From an uncultured Clostridia bacterium (GTDB taxonomy: Bacteria > Bacillota > Dehalobacteriia > UBA4068), in assembly GCA_944390945.1 (NCBI GenBank), contig CALXRV010000058.1, positions 431 to 64,430 on the forward strand: a stretch of DNA of 64,000 nt, read 5' to 3'. Made by a program: the position numbers and the translations under genes. The notes beneath the pieces were generated by a model. The model was not told the DNA's origin. It was given only the letters and a program-made list of their open reading frames with translations, and ran no database searches. Below, in pieces: positions 1 to 10,188 of the stretch; positions within the stretch are counted from its first letter, which is position 1; each line of letters begins with the position of its first letter.

Positions 1-228
1 CATAGCAAGATAAAGCTGGGAAAAATCATCATGCTGGACGCATTCGCCTCGCGCATGGCAATTCCCCCAGCCGTCGCCACAGGCCCGACAGGCCAGGACC
101 GCGCATTGATTCAACTGAACTTCTTCATAAGCCGTCCCCGCCCGGCTGATCCCGGTCAGCAGCGCTTCTTTTGCCGCGGCAGTCAGACCGTCGCGGTTGG
201 GGCTGGACCAAAACAACAAGAGCGACAT
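1..228 (-). CDS. flavodoxin-like / NAD(P)H-dependent FMN reductase family protein, N-terminal part only (gene runs off the left edge)
   Basis: My own minus-strand translation from ATG at 226-228: MSLLLFWSSPNRDGLTAAAKEALLTGISRAGTAYEEVQLNQCAVLACRACGDGWGNCHARGECVQHDDF... AGGAGGG lies 7 nt upstream. The CxxC..WGxC layout is typical of the flavodoxin-fold iron-sulfur flavoprotein family. It is absent from the ORF track because it has no in-window stop. Confidence 0.45.
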   Translation of the reverse strand, partial: MSLLLFWSSPNRDGLTAAAKEALLTGISRAGTAYEEVQLNQCAVLACRACGDGWGNCHARGECVQHDDFSQLYLAM

Positions 229-462
229 CGAATATCCCTCCTCATTCTGCTCGCTAATATACATTGACGACGGATAAAAATACTCCGCCCACAGCGCGAT
301 TCCCTGCGACCATATGCAGCAGCGCATGTTCAGGCTGACGATCGTGCAGAACGGATTGCCCCTGTCACCGCTGCGGCCCGGGCAAGCTTTACCCCGCCGC
401 ATGGCGCAGAGCCCGCGATTAAGACCACAGGGAAAACAGCATCTCCGCACGGAAAAATCCTT

Positions 463-987
463 TTATTCTGCTGCGCTCTCCTCTTGCGGCAAGCGCTGCG
501 CTTCCCTACGATACTGCACTTCACGCACTGCCATGCCGCCGATCGTATCTTCCAGATAAGAAGCATGTGGATGGAGGCCCATCCGTTGGTAAAACCTTTC
601 CGCACGCCGGTTCCCCTCCAGGACCCAGAGAAACAGACCCTGGCAGCCCATTTTTTCCAGTTCTTCCGCTGCGGCGGCAAAAAGCATTCTGCCATAGCCC
701 TTGCCCCAGTAAGCGGGCAACAAATAAATCGAAATGATCTCGCCCCATTTCGCCAGCTCCGGCAGACGGGAGCGACAATAGCTAACCGTGCCGACGATCT
801 GACTGCCATCAAGCAAAAGCAGGCATTCCCGTCCCGCCTGCTGCAGATAGGGGACCCAATACCCAGCTGGGATGGCGTCCAGATATGCCTGCGGCAGCAG
901 TCCCTGATAGGCGGCACGCCAGCTCTCCTCATACACGCGGCTGATCGCATCCAGGCAATCGGTTTCCTCTCGTTTTCGAATTTCCAT
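463..987 (-). CDS. GNAT family N-acetyltransferase
   Basis: ORF 463..1143, trimmed to the internal ATG (MEIRKREETD...). Acetyl-CoA motif region LLPAYWGKGYGRMLF and the usual GNAT length (~175 aa). Confidence 0.75.
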   Translation of the reverse strand: MEIRKREETDCLDAISRVYEESWRAAYQGLLPQAYLDAIPAGYWVPYLQQAGRECLLLLDGSQIVGTVSYCRSRLPELAKWGEIISIYLLPAYWGKGYGRMLFAAAAEELEKMGCQGLFLWVLEGNRRAERFYQRMGLHPHASYLEDTIGGMAVREVQYRREAQRLPQEESAAE

Positions 988-1295
988 CCGGCACTCCTTG
1001 TTTCGCTTTATCGTATCCTGCCGCAGACGCGGTGCAGCATGCCATTGCAGCCAAAGGCAATTACGACATTTCAAATCAAGATCTCGCGTGCATTGATCCG
1101 CTCTTAGTGGCCATTGCGCCCGATTCTCCTGCAGCCGGCACAAGCAGCGGTCAGCTTTCGCGGTTATTATCGCATAACGGCCAAGCGCCTGTCATCGCCA
1201 TGCTGCTTGCATTTTTTCACTTCCGCCTGGCCCAAAAATGAAACTGTGCGACTGCAAAGCTTCCCCGGCAACACCGCTGCACGCTCTTGCAGATA

Positions 1296-1338
1296 AGACA
1301 AAGATCCGAACCCACCCCGCGGGGAAAGCTCGGATCAA
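1296..1338 (-). terminator. putative intrinsic terminator downstream of tRNA-Glu
   Basis: Minus-strand hairpin GATCCGA...CCCCGCGGGG...TCGGATC followed by TTTGTC; the U-tract is short. Confidence 0.4.
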
Positions 1339-1339
1339 A

Positions 1340-1415
1340 TGGTGACGCGTATGGGATTCGAACCCATGAATGCCAGCGTGAGAGGCTGGTGAGTTAACCG
1401 TTTCTCCAACGCGCC
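1340..1415 (-). tRNA. tRNA-Glu (anticodon CTC)
   Basis: Reverse complement is GGCGCGTTGGAGAAACGGTTAACTCACCAGCCTCTCACGCTGGCATTCATGGGTTCGAATCCCATACGCGTCACCA. It has a 7-bp acceptor stem, a 3-bp D-stem with GGTTAA loop (Glu-type), anticodon loop CT-CTC-AC, a TTCGAAT T-loop and an encoded CCA. Confidence 0.9.
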
Positions 1416-1425
1416 ATACCCTTAT

Positions 1426-1453
1426 ACTATAGCAGATTTTCCGCAATAGTCAA
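1426..1453 (-). promoter_or_regulatory. sigma-A type promoter for tRNA-Glu
   Basis: Minus strand reads TTGACT, 16-nt spacer, TATAGT, ending about 10 nt before the mature tRNA 5' end. Confidence 0.55.
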
Positions 1454-1461
1454 GAGAAAAT

Positions 1462-4400
1462 TTATCCGGCACGGCGTTTTTTTGCCGCCTGACCTGCCAC
1501 CTGATGCAGCGGTTGAACAGCTGCGGTTTCTGCTGTTTGCTCGCTTTCCTGCATTGTCTGCCGCATTGCTTCCTCCTTGGCCACCGTCATCATCAGACGG
1601 ATACGATTGAGCTGGTTGACCGGGCTTGCGCCAGGATCATAATCCACAGCCACAATATTTGCCGTTGGGTAAGCGCGTTTGATAGCGCGAATCATCCCTT
1701 TTCCGGTAACATGGTTCGGCAAGCAGGCAAAAGGTTGCATACAGACAATTGCATTCACGCCCTCATGGATCAGTTCAATCATCTCGCCTGTCAGGAACCA
1801 GCCCTCGCCGCACATATTGCCAGTAGAGGCGACCTCTTCAGCTGAACGTGCGATGTGATAGATATCTGCAGGCGCGCCAAAGCTCGTGCCGGCAAGCTCT
1901 TGCGCCAACGGTCGACGCAGCCATTCCAGAACAGCAATCACCAGCCGGGAAAGCAATGCCGATTTCAAACTGCCGGCCAGCATATCATGACGGGTCAGGT
2001 TATTATACGCGCTGTATTCGAAGAATGCCAGCAAGTCCGGGACAACCGCCTCCCCGCCTTCTGCCTCCACCAGCTTGACTACATCATTGTTGGCCAGGGG
2101 ATGATATTTGACCAGGATTTCGCCGACCAGGCCTACGCGCAACTTCTGCGCATCCTGCAATGGCAATGCGGTAAAATCCGCGATCATCTGCCGCAGGGTG
2201 CGGCGATAGCGCAGAAGCGATGGAGAACGCAATGCTTCTATACAGCGCTGTTTCCATTGTTCCGCCAGCGCATCAGCAGAACCGGACGCAATCTCATACG
2301 GACGGCAATGATAGAGCAACCGCTGTAGGGCGTCGCCATAAGCGATGGCCTGCATAGCACGCGCGATCATCACCGGGCTAAAACGGAAACCCGGATTTTT
2401 CTCCATGCCTTTGGCATTAACCGAAATCACAGGGACATATTCCATTCCGATCGCGACGAGCATGCGCCGCAGCATGCTGATATAGTTGGTCGCCCGGCAA
2501 CCGCCACCGGTCTGTGTGATCGCTACTGCAACGCGATGCGTATCATATGCGCCGCTGAGCAATGCATGGGCAATCTGCCCGATGGTGATGATCGCCGGGT
2601 AGCAGGCATCGTTATTAACATATTTCAGCCCTGTTTCGACAATCTCCTGACTGCGGTCATCCAGAATGCGCAGTTGATAGCCTGAATAGCGCAAAGCTGG
2701 TTCCAGCAGGTCGAAATGGATCGGCGACATCTGCGGCGCCAGGATCGTCCAGCCCTCCTGCTGCATCTTCTTTTCGAAAATGCGGCGTTGGCGCGGCCTG
2801 GGTGGATTACAGCTTTCGCGGATATCCTTGCTTGCCTTGTCATTGACCGCAGCCAACAGAGAGCGAATGCGAATGCGGGAAGCACCAAGGTTGTTGACCT
2901 CGTCGATCTTAAGACAAGTATACAGGCAGCCGCTTTCATGCATCAATTCTTCTGCCGTATCCGTCGTCAGGGCATCCAAACCACAGCCAAAGCTGTTCAA
3001 CTGCACCAGCTCCAGATGCCGATCACGGCGCGCGACATCCGCTGCCTGATAGATACGGCTGTGATATGTCCATTGGTCCACCACGGGAATCGGACGCTCA
3101 AGCTTGTTCAGATGCGCCACGCTGTCCTCGCTGAGCACGGCAAAGCCATAACTCGTGATCATGCTAGGAATACCGTGGTTGATCTCCGGATCGACATGAT
3201 ATGGGCGGCCGGCCAGAACGATGCCGCGGCGGTCATGCTCATGCAGCCAACGGATCGCCGCCTCGCCTTGCGCGCGGATATCGCGCAAATGCTCTTCCTG
3301 CGCTGCGGCAGCGGCGCGCACTGCGCGGCGCAACTCCCGCTTACCGACGGCAAAACAGGAAAATTCCTCGTACAACCGCTCGCGCAGACGCTTCATGTCA
3401 TCGAGCGGCAGGAAAGGAGAAAGGAAGCGAACATCTTCACGCTGCAATTCCGGTACATTGACCCGCAGCACTTCCGGATAGGTGCCGACCACCGGGCAGT
3501 TATAGTGGTTGTCGCCGCCACGCTTTTCGTCCTGCTCATAGGGCAGGCAGGGATAAAAGATCGTTTTGATCCCGGCGGCAAGCAGTGCGGCAATATGGCC
3601 ATGCGCCAGCTTCGCGGGATAGCAAACGGATTCTGACGGCATCGATTCTGCGCCCGATTCATAAAGCTGGCGCGAAGAACGTGGTGAAAGCTGCACAGAA
3701 AAGCCAAGCTCAGTTAAAAGCGTATGCCAGAACGGATAATTTTCATAAATATTCAGTACGCGCGGGATGCCGATCACGCCGCGCGGCGCCTGCTCCGGTG
3801 GCAAAGAAATATAGCGGTCCAGTTTCGCATATTTATAGTCGTACAAATTGGGCAGCTGTTCACGCTCGTCCTGTTGTTCCCGCAAGATGCCTTCACCGCG
3901 TTCGCAGCGATTGTTTGAGATATGACGGCTGCCATCTGGGAAGCGGTTGATTGTCAACAGGCAGTTATTGCCGCAGCGTCCGCAATGCGCCGTTGTACGT
4001 ACCACGCTGAAATCACGCAGGCTGTCCGGTCCGGCCAGCGTAGAGACGCCGCCTGTCCAATGGCGATGCGCGATAATCGCCGCGCCATAAGCGCCCATCA
4101 AGCCGGCTTTATCCGGTCGCACGACTTCCCGTCCCGCAACCAGCTCAAAGGCGCGCAATACCGCTTCGTTGAAAAAGGTCCCTCCCTGTACCACGATATG
4201 CTGGCCAAGATCATCTGCCTGCCGCAGCTTGATCACCTTGAACAACGCGTTTTTGATCACAGAATAAGAAAGACCGGCCGAAATATCGCCAACAGAGGCG
4301 CCTTCCTTCTGCGCCTGCTTGACCCGCGAATTCATAAATACCGTACAGCGGGACCCCAGATCAACCGGATGCGGTGCCAACAGGGCTGTCTCAGCAAATT

Positions 4401-5796
4401 CAGCTGCGCTCATCGAAAGGGCCTTGGCAAATGTCTCGATAAATGAGCCACAGCCAGATGAACAGGCTTCATTGAGCAGAATATTATCGAGACCGCCATT
4501 TTTTATCTTCATGCATTTCATATCCTGGCCGCCGATATCCAAAATGAAATCGACATCCGGCACCAGCTGTTCTGCTGCCCGATAATGCGCTACGGTCTCA
4601 ATCTCCCCTTCGTCAAACTTGAGGGCAGCCTTAAGCAAACCTTCCCCATAGCCAGTCACGCAGGCGCGGCCAATATAAGCCTGCAGCGGCATGGCAGCAT
4701 ATAACTCTTCCAGAATATGGATGGCCAGATCAAGCGGCGAACCATGATTGCTGCTGTAGTATTCGAACAGGATACGGTTTTGCTCGTCAATCAGCACTGC
4801 CTTACCGGTGGTGGACCCTGCATCCACGCCGAGGAAGCAAGGGCCGCTGGCTTCCGCCAAGGCTGCAGTCGGCAGTTGGCTATGCGCATGCCTTTGGCGA
4901 AAGGCATCCAACTCCGCCGCATCATGGAACAGCGGCGGCAGCAGGTCGATTTCGCTGATTTCACATTGCTGTAGCCTGCTCAGACGTTCACGAATCTGTT
5001 CCGCAGCCTCAGCCGGCTCCGACAGCGCGGCATGCGCTGCACCAATGGCGATAAACAGCTGGCTATGCGCCGGTACAATGGTCTGCTCCGGCGTAAGATG
5101 CAGCGTCTCGATAAAACGCCGCCGCAACTGTGGCAGGAAATAAAGCGGCCCGCCGAGGAAAGCGACATTGCCCCGGATCGGTTTACCGCAGGCCAAACCC
5201 GTGATTGTCTGATTGACGACCGACTGGAATACAGAGGCAGCAATATCCGCCTTATCCGCGCCGTCGTTCAATAATGGCTGGATATCACTTTTGGCAAAAA
5301 CTCCGCAGCGGGAAGCGATCGGATAGATCGTCGTCGCATGTTCAGCCAGCGCATCCAATCCCGCCGCATCCGTATCGAGCAATGCCGCCATCTGGTCAAG
5401 AAAAGCGCCCGTACCGCCGGCACAGGTACCGTTCATCCGCTGCTCTGCCCCATCGCTGAGATAGGTGATCTTCGCATCCTCACCGCCCAGCTCAATCGCA
5501 ACATCGGTCTGCGGGATGAACGCACGCACCGCGCGCAGCCCGGCTACCACCTCTTGCAGAAAGGGGATGCCGAGCAGGTCCGCAACTGTGATGCCGCCAG
5601 AACCGGTAATCATCAGCGAAAGATGCTGCTGCCGGAAAGAATCCAGCATTTCGTCCATCATTTCCTGTAAAGTATGTCGTACATCGGAAAGATGCCGTCG
5701 GTAACGCTCATAGACCAGCTCGGTCTTCTCATTCAATACCGCGATCTTGATCGTTGTCGAGCCAATATCCAGCCCAACTGCGTATGTAGCATTCAT
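1462..5796 (-). CDS. fusion of two BcrAD/BadFG-type ATPase (2-hydroxyacyl-CoA dehydratase activase-like) modules with HgdB/DUF2229-like dehydratase-component modules
   Basis: 1,444-aa ORF. It has two acetate/sugar-kinase-fold starts ([15 protein letters not shown] and [15 protein letters not shown]). A Cys cluster [12 protein letters not shown] is followed by two long D-component-like regions. This architecture is usually annotated 'acyl-CoA dehydratase activase-related protein'. Confidence 0.75.
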   Translation of the reverse strand: MNATYAVGLDIGSTTIKIAVLNEKTELVYERYRRHLSDVRHTLQEMMDEMLDSFRQQHLSLMITGSGGITVADLLGIPFLQEVVAGLRAVRAFIPQTDVAIELGGEDAKITYLSDGAEQRMNGTCAGGTGAFLDQMAALLDTDAAGLDALAEHATTIYPIASRCGVFAKSDIQPLLNDGADKADIAASVFQSVVNQTITGLACGKPIRGNVAFLGGPLYFLPQLRRRFIETLHLTPEQTIVPAHSQLFIAIGAAHAALSEPAEAAEQIRERLSRLQQCEISEIDLLPPLFHDAAELDAFRQRHAHSQLPTAALAEASGPCFLGVDAGSTTGKAVLIDEQNRILFEYYSSNHGSPLDLAIHILEELYAAMPLQAYIGRACVTGYGEGLLKAALKFDEGEIETVAHYRAAEQLVPDVDFILDIGGQDMKCMKIKNGGLDNILLNEACSSGCGSFIETFAKALSMSAAEFAETALLAPHPVDLGSRCTVFMNSRVKQAQKEGASVGDISAGLSYSVIKNALFKVIKLRQADDLGQHIVVQGGTFFNEAVLRAFELVAGREVVRPDKAGLMGAYGAAIIAHRHWTGGVSTLAGPDSLRDFSVVRTTAHCGRCGNNCLLTINRFPDGSRHISNNRCERGEGILREQQDEREQLPNLYDYKYAKLDRYISLPPEQAPRGVIGIPRVLNIYENYPFWHTLLTELGFSVQLSPRSSRQLYESGAESMPSESVCYPAKLAHGHIAALLAAGIKTIFYPCLPYEQDEKRGGDNHYNCPVVGTYPEVLRVNVPELQREDVRFLSPFLPLDDMKRLRERLYEEFSCFAVGKRELRRAVRAAAAAQEEHLRDIRAQGEAAIRWLHEHDRRGIVLAGRPYHVDPEINHGIPSMITSYGFAVLSEDSVAHLNKLERPIPVVDQWTYHSRIYQAADVARRDRHLELVQLNSFGCGLDALTTDTAEELMHESGCLYTCLKIDEVNNLGASRIRIRSLLAAVNDKASKDIRESCNPPRPRQRRIFEKKMQQEGWTILAPQMSPIHFDLLEPALRYSGYQLRILDDRSQEIVETGLKYVNNDACYPAIITIGQIAHALLSGAYDTHRVAVAITQTGGGCRATNYISMLRRMLVAIGMEYVPVISVNAKGMEKNPGFRFSPVMIARAMQAIAYGDALQRLLYHCRPYEIASGSADALAEQWKQRCIEALRSPSLLRYRRTLRQMIADFTALPLQDAQKLRVGLVGEILVKYHPLANNDVVKLVEAEGGEAVVPDLLAFFEYSAYNNLTRHDMLAGSLKSALLSRLVIAVLEWLRRPLAQELAGTSFGAPADIYHIARSAEEVASTGNMCGEGWFLTGEMIELIHEGVNAIVCMQPFACLPNHVTGKGMIRAIKRAYPTANIVAVDYDPGASPVNQLNRIRLMMTVAKEEAMRQTMQESEQTAETAAVQPLHQVAGQAAKKRRAG

Positions 5797-5951
5797 TCAA
5801 CCACCAAAACCCTTTGATTAAAAAATAACGACAGGCGATCTTCGCTCTGTCCTGCATCTCCATTTTAATTGGTAGGAACAGCTTGGTATCATTACGATAT
5901 TAACGCAAAATTCACGATATGTCAATAGCCCCAAAATAAAAACTGCCTTAT

Positions 5952-5980
5952 TTGTCAAAGCATGCATTTTACGGTATAAT
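5952..5980 (+). promoter_or_regulatory. candidate sigma-A promoter upstream of the GH25 gene
   Basis: TTGTCA, 17-nt spacer, TATAAT. It lies ~190 nt upstream of the ATG, so the assignment is tentative. Confidence 0.35.
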
Positions 5981-6177
5981 ATTGTATATTATGCCGCGCC
6001 ATGCCAGACGATACCGAAAAGCCAGCCCGGCCTACCGCATTCGACAATAAAAAAATAACGCAGGATGATTAACTGAACATGAACGCTGGATTTTGCCAGC
6101 AAATCCTGTACGGCAACGCATCATGCTGCGCTACGGCCTGCCGCTCTGTTGAGCAAACGGTCGGGAAAAGGAGAATC

Positions 6178-7143
6178 ATGCGCAAAGATACGGACAACCG
6201 CACCGTTTTCCTCATCTTTACCAACCTGGTGCTTTTTCTGGCGCTTGCAATCGCCGTTTTCTGCCTGCTGCAGGTGAATGACCAGCCGGAAACGCAAACA
6301 GCTGAAGAAAGCGCTTTCCACTATCAGATAGATGAAGAAGCGTTGATTCGCTATGCAGCGCATTACGGCGTCAGCCAGGAATATCTGCAGCTGGTTCTGC
6401 CCGGCATGCTGGTATATCAGGACGGCGCGGAATATGTTTTTCAGGAGATCGATAACCATGTGCCGCTGCATGATTATGACTGGGAACTGCTTTCCTATGC
6501 AGACGGTCGCACCTACTATACCGATCCGGATTACCCGGATGTGCGCTATGGCATTGATGTTTCTGAATATCAAGGCGAAATCGATTGGCAGGCTGTTGCT
6601 GCCGACGGTATCCGCTTTGCTTTTATCCGCATCGGTTACCGCGGTTATGAAAGCGGCAAGCTGGTTGCGGATGCGCGTAGTGCAGAAAATCTGGCCGGCG
6701 CGGCGGCAGCCGGGCTGGATATCGGCGTCTATTTCTTCTCGCAGGCGATTACCGTCGAAGAAGCGCAGGAAGAAGCGGATATGGTGCTGGCCGCTATCGA
6801 TGGCTATTCCCTCACCTGCCCCGTTGTCTTTGATATGGAGGAGATCTACCAGCAGCAAGCGCGTACCGATATCCTGGACCGGGAGGAAACAACAAAGATT
6901 GCGCGTGCTTTTTGCCGGCAGATCGAGCGCGCCGGTTTGCAAGCGATGATCTACGGCAATACCAAATGGCTGGCCGGGAGGCTGGATCTGGCAGAACTGA
7001 CCGACTATCCGCTCTGGTTTGCGCAATACTATGATAAACCGCTTTTCCCCTATGATTTCTGCCTTTGGCAATACAGCAACAGCGGCAGCGTGGCGGGTAT
7101 CGAAACCACCGTAGATCTCAATATCCAGTTCCGGCCATTCTGA
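6178..7143 (+). CDS. GH25 family muramidase (lysozyme) with N-terminal membrane anchor
   Basis: ORF 6079..7143 trimmed to ATG 6178, preceded by AAAGGAG. TM segment VFLIFTNLVLFLALAIAVFCLL, then the GH25 signature GIDVSEYQGEIDWQAVAADGIRFAFIRIGYRG...GVYFFSQA. Confidence 0.8.
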   Translation: MRKDTDNRTVFLIFTNLVLFLALAIAVFCLLQVNDQPETQTAEESAFHYQIDEEALIRYAAHYGVSQEYLQLVLPGMLVYQDGAEYVFQEIDNHVPLHDYDWELLSYADGRTYYTDPDYPDVRYGIDVSEYQGEIDWQAVAADGIRFAFIRIGYRGYESGKLVADARSAENLAGAAAAGLDIGVYFFSQAITVEEAQEEADMVLAAIDGYSLTCPVVFDMEEIYQQQARTDILDREETTKIARAFCRQIERAGLQAMIYGNTKWLAGRLDLAELTDYPLWFAQYYDKPLFPYDFCLWQYSNSGSVAGIETTVDLNIQFRPF

Positions 7144-7198
7144 TGCGCCCCGCGCGGCACAGAAGTTGCGGCAGAGCCTACGGGATAGCAACTGCAGG

Positions 7199-7750
7199 TC
7201 AAAGCTGCAGGATCATGCCGCAAAGGGCGCCGACCGCAATGAAGAGGATCGGATGTTTTTTGAGACGAAATACTGCCGGCAGAAAAAGAATGAAAAGCAG
7301 GACCGCCAAAGGATCAGCACCGCCGGCAAGACCGCTTTCCAGATCAGCAGCCAATGCCAGATCAATCAGACTGCAGCAGACGGCGGCGATCAACCCGGCA
7401 ACCGCGGGCCGCAGCCCCCAGAAAGATCGCTCCAGCCAACTGGTATCCGCATAGCGCCGAAGCAAACGGCAAAGCAATAGAGAGAGCGTCAGCGGCGGCA
7501 GCACCATTGCCAGAGATGCAACCAGGCTGCCGGGAATACCAGCCGTATGGTAGCCAGCATAAGTCGCCATATTGATCGCCAACGGCCCAGGCGTGGATTC
7601 GGCAATCGCAATCATATCCGCCAGTTCCTGCTGGCTGAACCAACCGTAGCGCAACGAGAGATCGAATAAAAAGGGCAATGCAGCCAAACCGCCGCCGAAA
7701 GTAAACAAGCCGATCTTAAAGAATTCCCAAAACAGCAGCAGGCAGATCAT
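7199..7750 (-). CDS. chrA: chromate transporter (CHR family), short-chain half 2
   Basis: 183 aa, hydrophobic. Has the CHR motif GLFTFGGGLAALP and a 4-nt overlap with the upstream half. Confidence 0.75.
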   Translation of the reverse strand: MICLLLFWEFFKIGLFTFGGGLAALPFLFDLSLRYGWFSQQELADMIAIAESTPGPLAINMATYAGYHTAGIPGSLVASLAMVLPPLTLSLLLCRLLRRYADTSWLERSFWGLRPAVAGLIAAVCCSLIDLALAADLESGLAGGADPLAVLLFILFLPAVFRLKKHPILFIAVGALCGMILQL

Positions 7751-8304
7751 TTGCGCACCGCCTTCCCTTTCCGTACTGCGCGCAGTGTCTGGATCAGCAG
7801 GCCCACAACAGCTGCCATAATGATAATCAAGACCGGATTGAGCAAATCAAACAACAACAAAAGAAAGGCCGCCGCATAAAGCAAGCCGCTGGCAAAATCA
7901 TGAACGCCATTTTTCAACAATCGCCAAGCAGAATGTACTACGATAGCAGCGACTGCCACACGAATCCCAGCAAAAGCATTCTGCACCAAAGGTAGGTTCG
8001 CATAGCGATACAACACGGCGGCGATTAAAATCAGAATAAGTACCGAAGGCAGAACAACGCCCAAAGAAGCCACAACAGCCGGCAGCAATCCGAAGCGCGG
8101 CCGGATCAATAACACGGCGGTATTGACGCAGATCAGACCAGGTTCGCATTGCGCAAGAGCATATGCCTCCGTCAACTCGTCCTCCTGCAGCCAGCCACGC
8201 TTATCGATCAGCTCATGCTGCAGAATCGGCAACATAGCATAGCCGCCACCGAATGTGCTGACGCCAATACGCATAAAGATCAAAAAAAACTGCCACGGCT
8301 TCAT
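7747..8304 (-). CDS. chrA: chromate transporter (CHR family), short-chain half 1
   Basis: ORF 7747..8340 trimmed to MKPWQFFLIF, with GGGGAG upstream. CHR motif GVSTFGGGYAMLP. Confidence 0.75.
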   Translation of the reverse strand: MKPWQFFLIFMRIGVSTFGGGYAMLPILQHELIDKRGWLQEDELTEAYALAQCEPGLICVNTAVLLIRPRFGLLPAVVASLGVVLPSVLILILIAAVLYRYANLPLVQNAFAGIRVAVAAIVVHSAWRLLKNGVHDFASGLLYAAAFLLLLFDLLNPVLIIIMAAVVGLLIQTLRAVRKGKAVRK

Positions 8305-8530
8305 CTTGTCACTCCCCTTGCCGGATATCCCGTCAGACAACCATCCAAAACCTTACCGCCATATCATAACATATTACCCATGGCGAGGAAAGAGCGGCAG
8401 CGGAGCGTTGGCAAAATCAACTGCCATGAAGAAGGAATACGGCAGCAGCATGCGGAATCAACACTTGCATTAAATCTTGGGTTAAGATCGACCACAGAAA
8501 ATTGGAATGTATAGACTAAAGGAGCAGAAA

Positions 8531-8752
8531 ATGGAAAATGTCATCTTGAAAGTTGTGCTGATCCTGGTCGTGCTTTCTGGACTTGCCTGGGGTCTACAAA
8601 AGCTGTTCCCCCCGACACAAAAGGATATTGAGCAGGCAGAACAGCGCGCAAAAGAATTGCAAGCGCGAATGGATGCCAAAGTGGGGGCAGCGCCTGCCGC
8701 CCCAGAGACAGAAGGAGAAAGCACTGGACAAACCAAGGCCGGAGGACTATAA
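8531..8752 (+). CDS. small membrane-anchored hypothetical protein
   Basis: ATG 8531 sits behind AAAGGAG. Sequence MENVILKVVLILVVLSGLAWGL (TM) followed by a charged helix EQAEQRAKELQARMDAK. No family recognised. Confidence 0.45.
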   Translation: MENVILKVVLILVVLSGLAWGLQKLFPPTQKDIEQAEQRAKELQARMDAKVGAAPAAPETEGESTGQTKAGGL

Positions 8753-8803
8753 TGGAATTGCCCATATTTCGTCTGATCGCGAAGGGCTGATGACTGACCG
8801 CAA

Positions 8804-8838
8804 CAAAAAAACCGTCCACTAGCCGGACGGTTTTTTTG
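8804..8838. terminator. bidirectional intrinsic terminator between convergent genes
   Basis: AAAAAAACCGTCC-actagc-CGGACGGTTTTTTT: a hairpin flanked by an A-run and a T-run. Confidence 0.75.
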
Positions 8839-8873
8839 TCAAGCAGGCCTGCTCCTGATGGATAAGACGGGCC

Positions 8874-9431
8874 TCAGTTGATGACAATTTCCGTTTCTGC
8901 AGTCAGGCGCCCATTGCGACAGCACAAATGCGGCGTGCCGCACAATTCCACGACAGGCAAATCGCGTGTCAAGCGCTGCGGCATCCTGACCGTCTGGCAA
9001 CCATTGCAATTCAGTTGCTGTGGGCAACCGCAGCGGTCAAGGTATGCTAAGGTCGCGCAAAAGCGGATCAGCAAGCGCGGGCAACAACCGCCTTCCCACT
9101 CCACGCCGGTCACAGTAAAACAAACGCGTTCAATGCAACGATAACGTGGCAAGCGGAACGAGCAGCACAGGCGGGCCCGCTGCGGGCAGCTGGGCGGCTC
9201 CGGCCAGCAAGGCGGCTCCGGACGGCAGGGCGGTTCCGGACGGCAGGGCGGTTCCGGGCGGCAGGGTGGCTTCGGGCGACAAGGCGGTTCCGGGCGGCAG
9301 GGCGGTTCCGGGCGGCAGGGCGGTTCCGGGCGGCAGCCGCCATGCCAAGCGGAAAGACAAATATTGACCGGCAGCATGATCTGGCAACTGCACAGATCGT
9401 CGTCGACGATCGGAATATAATGCGTATGCAT
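8874..9431 (-). CDS. cysteine/proline-rich tandem-repeat protein (possible spore-coat/exosporium-type structural protein)
   Basis: 185-aa ORF with AGGAG 8 nt before the ATG. About 26 Cys by my count. The core is CRPEPP x3, CRPKPP, CRPEPP x3, CWPEPP, and the C-terminal domain is rich in CC/CxC pairs. The functional label is inference only. Confidence 0.6.
   Translation of the reverse strand: MHTHYIPIVDDDLCSCQIMLPVNICLSAWHGGCRPEPPCRPEPPCRPEPPCRPKPPCRPEPPCRPEPPCRPEPPCWPEPPSCPQRARLCCSFRLPRYRCIERVCFTVTGVEWEGGCCPRLLIRFCATLAYLDRCGCPQQLNCNGCQTVRMPQRLTRDLPVVELCGTPHLCCRNGRLTAETEIVIN
9193..9336. repeat. 8 x 18-bp head-to-tail tandem repeat (GGCGGTTCCGGGCGGCAG consensus)
   Basis: Units at 9193, 9211, 9229, 9247, 9265, 9283, 9301 and 9319. 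The last three are identical. In frame it encodes the CRPEPP hexapeptide array on the minus strand. Confidence 0.95.
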
Positions 9432-9566
9432 ATTGATCGCTCCTTTTTATCGCATCTGCAACAGCAGGCATGCTTGACTATATCCCATCATATGCCGTCA
9501 TCGGTAAAAGGTGCCCCGACAAAGCCGTGCCCGCCAGCTGTATAAAATTTAGTGCAGAATTGGGGC

Positions 9567-9595
9567 TTGCAGTTTTTCCGATGATGCGGTATACT
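9567..9595 (+). promoter_or_regulatory. sigma-A type promoter for tRNA-Gly
   Basis: TTGCAG, 17-nt spacer, TATACT, ending 12 nt before the tRNA 5' end. Confidence 0.6.
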
Positions 9596-9607
9596 ATAGC
9601 ATGATGT

Positions 9608-9681
9608 GCGGGTGTAGCTCAATGGCAGAGCTCCAGCCTTCCAAGCTGGCTACGTGGGTTCGATTCCCATCACCCGCTCCA
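9608..9681 (+). tRNA. tRNA-Gly (anticodon TCC)
   Basis: GCGGGTGTAGCTCAATGGCAGAGCTCCAGCCTTCCAAGCTGGCTACGTGGGTTCGATTCCCATCACCCGCTCCA. Cloverleaf with anticodon loop CT-TCC-AA and an encoded CCA. Confidence 0.9.
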
Positions 9682-9683
9682 GA

Positions 9684-9725
9684 AAAAAACTTACGAACGA
9701 TTATCGTTCGTAAGTTTTTATTTTT
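9684..9725 (+). terminator. intrinsic terminator after tRNA-Gly
   Basis: CTTACGAACGA-ttat-CGTTCGTAAG followed by TTTTTATTTTT. Confidence 0.8.
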
Positions 9726-10188
9726 ACTGTTATGGGTGCAATCTTATAATTTAGTCGGCACTGCATTTATCCATCCGGACAAATTCGCTGATCAGAGATT
9801 TTCATGCCCTTGCTCGAGATAATGCGCTAAATATCTCGTCCATTCAGGAACATTTTCTTCATCGAATAAATGATATAAAAAATCTATTTTCAGAAAGAGA
9901 ACAAAGCTCGTGACCCGTAGGTTATTTGCGCGATGTCGGCGCCAAGTTTGCTTTGCGCCGATGCTTTTGTGGTGATCATGATGTCGTCCGTCCGCCCCCT
10001 GCTTTTCTGCAAAAGCGCATGCGTGATCCGTCTGTCTGGCTGCAAGCGCCTGCACAATGGCTCGCGATCGCTTCGCCCCTTCTCATGGAATGGCTGGATC
10101 AGGCGGCGCTCTTTTTTGTCACAGGGTATTTTTCCAGCCATATCCGGAACAATAGGGCAGAGCAGCACAAATTTTTTCCCCGCGCCAC

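Noticed and set aside
31-267. 78-aa plus-strand ORF at the left edge
   Set aside because: It is antisense to the better-supported flavodoxin-like gene start on the minus strand, which has an RBS and a recognisable CxxC...WGxC motif.
6121-7191. 356-aa minus-strand ORF
   Set aside because: It is antisense to the GH25 muramidase gene. It has no recognisable family, and the plus-strand product has the GH25 signature and a proper RBS.
9193-9336. Possible CRISPR array
   Set aside because: The units are contiguous 18-mers with no spacers, lie inside a coding frame, and no cas genes are present.
9110-9471. Alternative-frame ORFs across the 18-bp repeat (9110-9343, 9130-9471, 9146-9367) giving AARNRP / GTALPP / GRAVPG repeats
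   Set aside because: Any tandem 18-bp repeat stays open in several frames. Only the 8874-9431 frame has an RBS-preceded ATG and extends into non-repeat Cys-rich domains on both sides.
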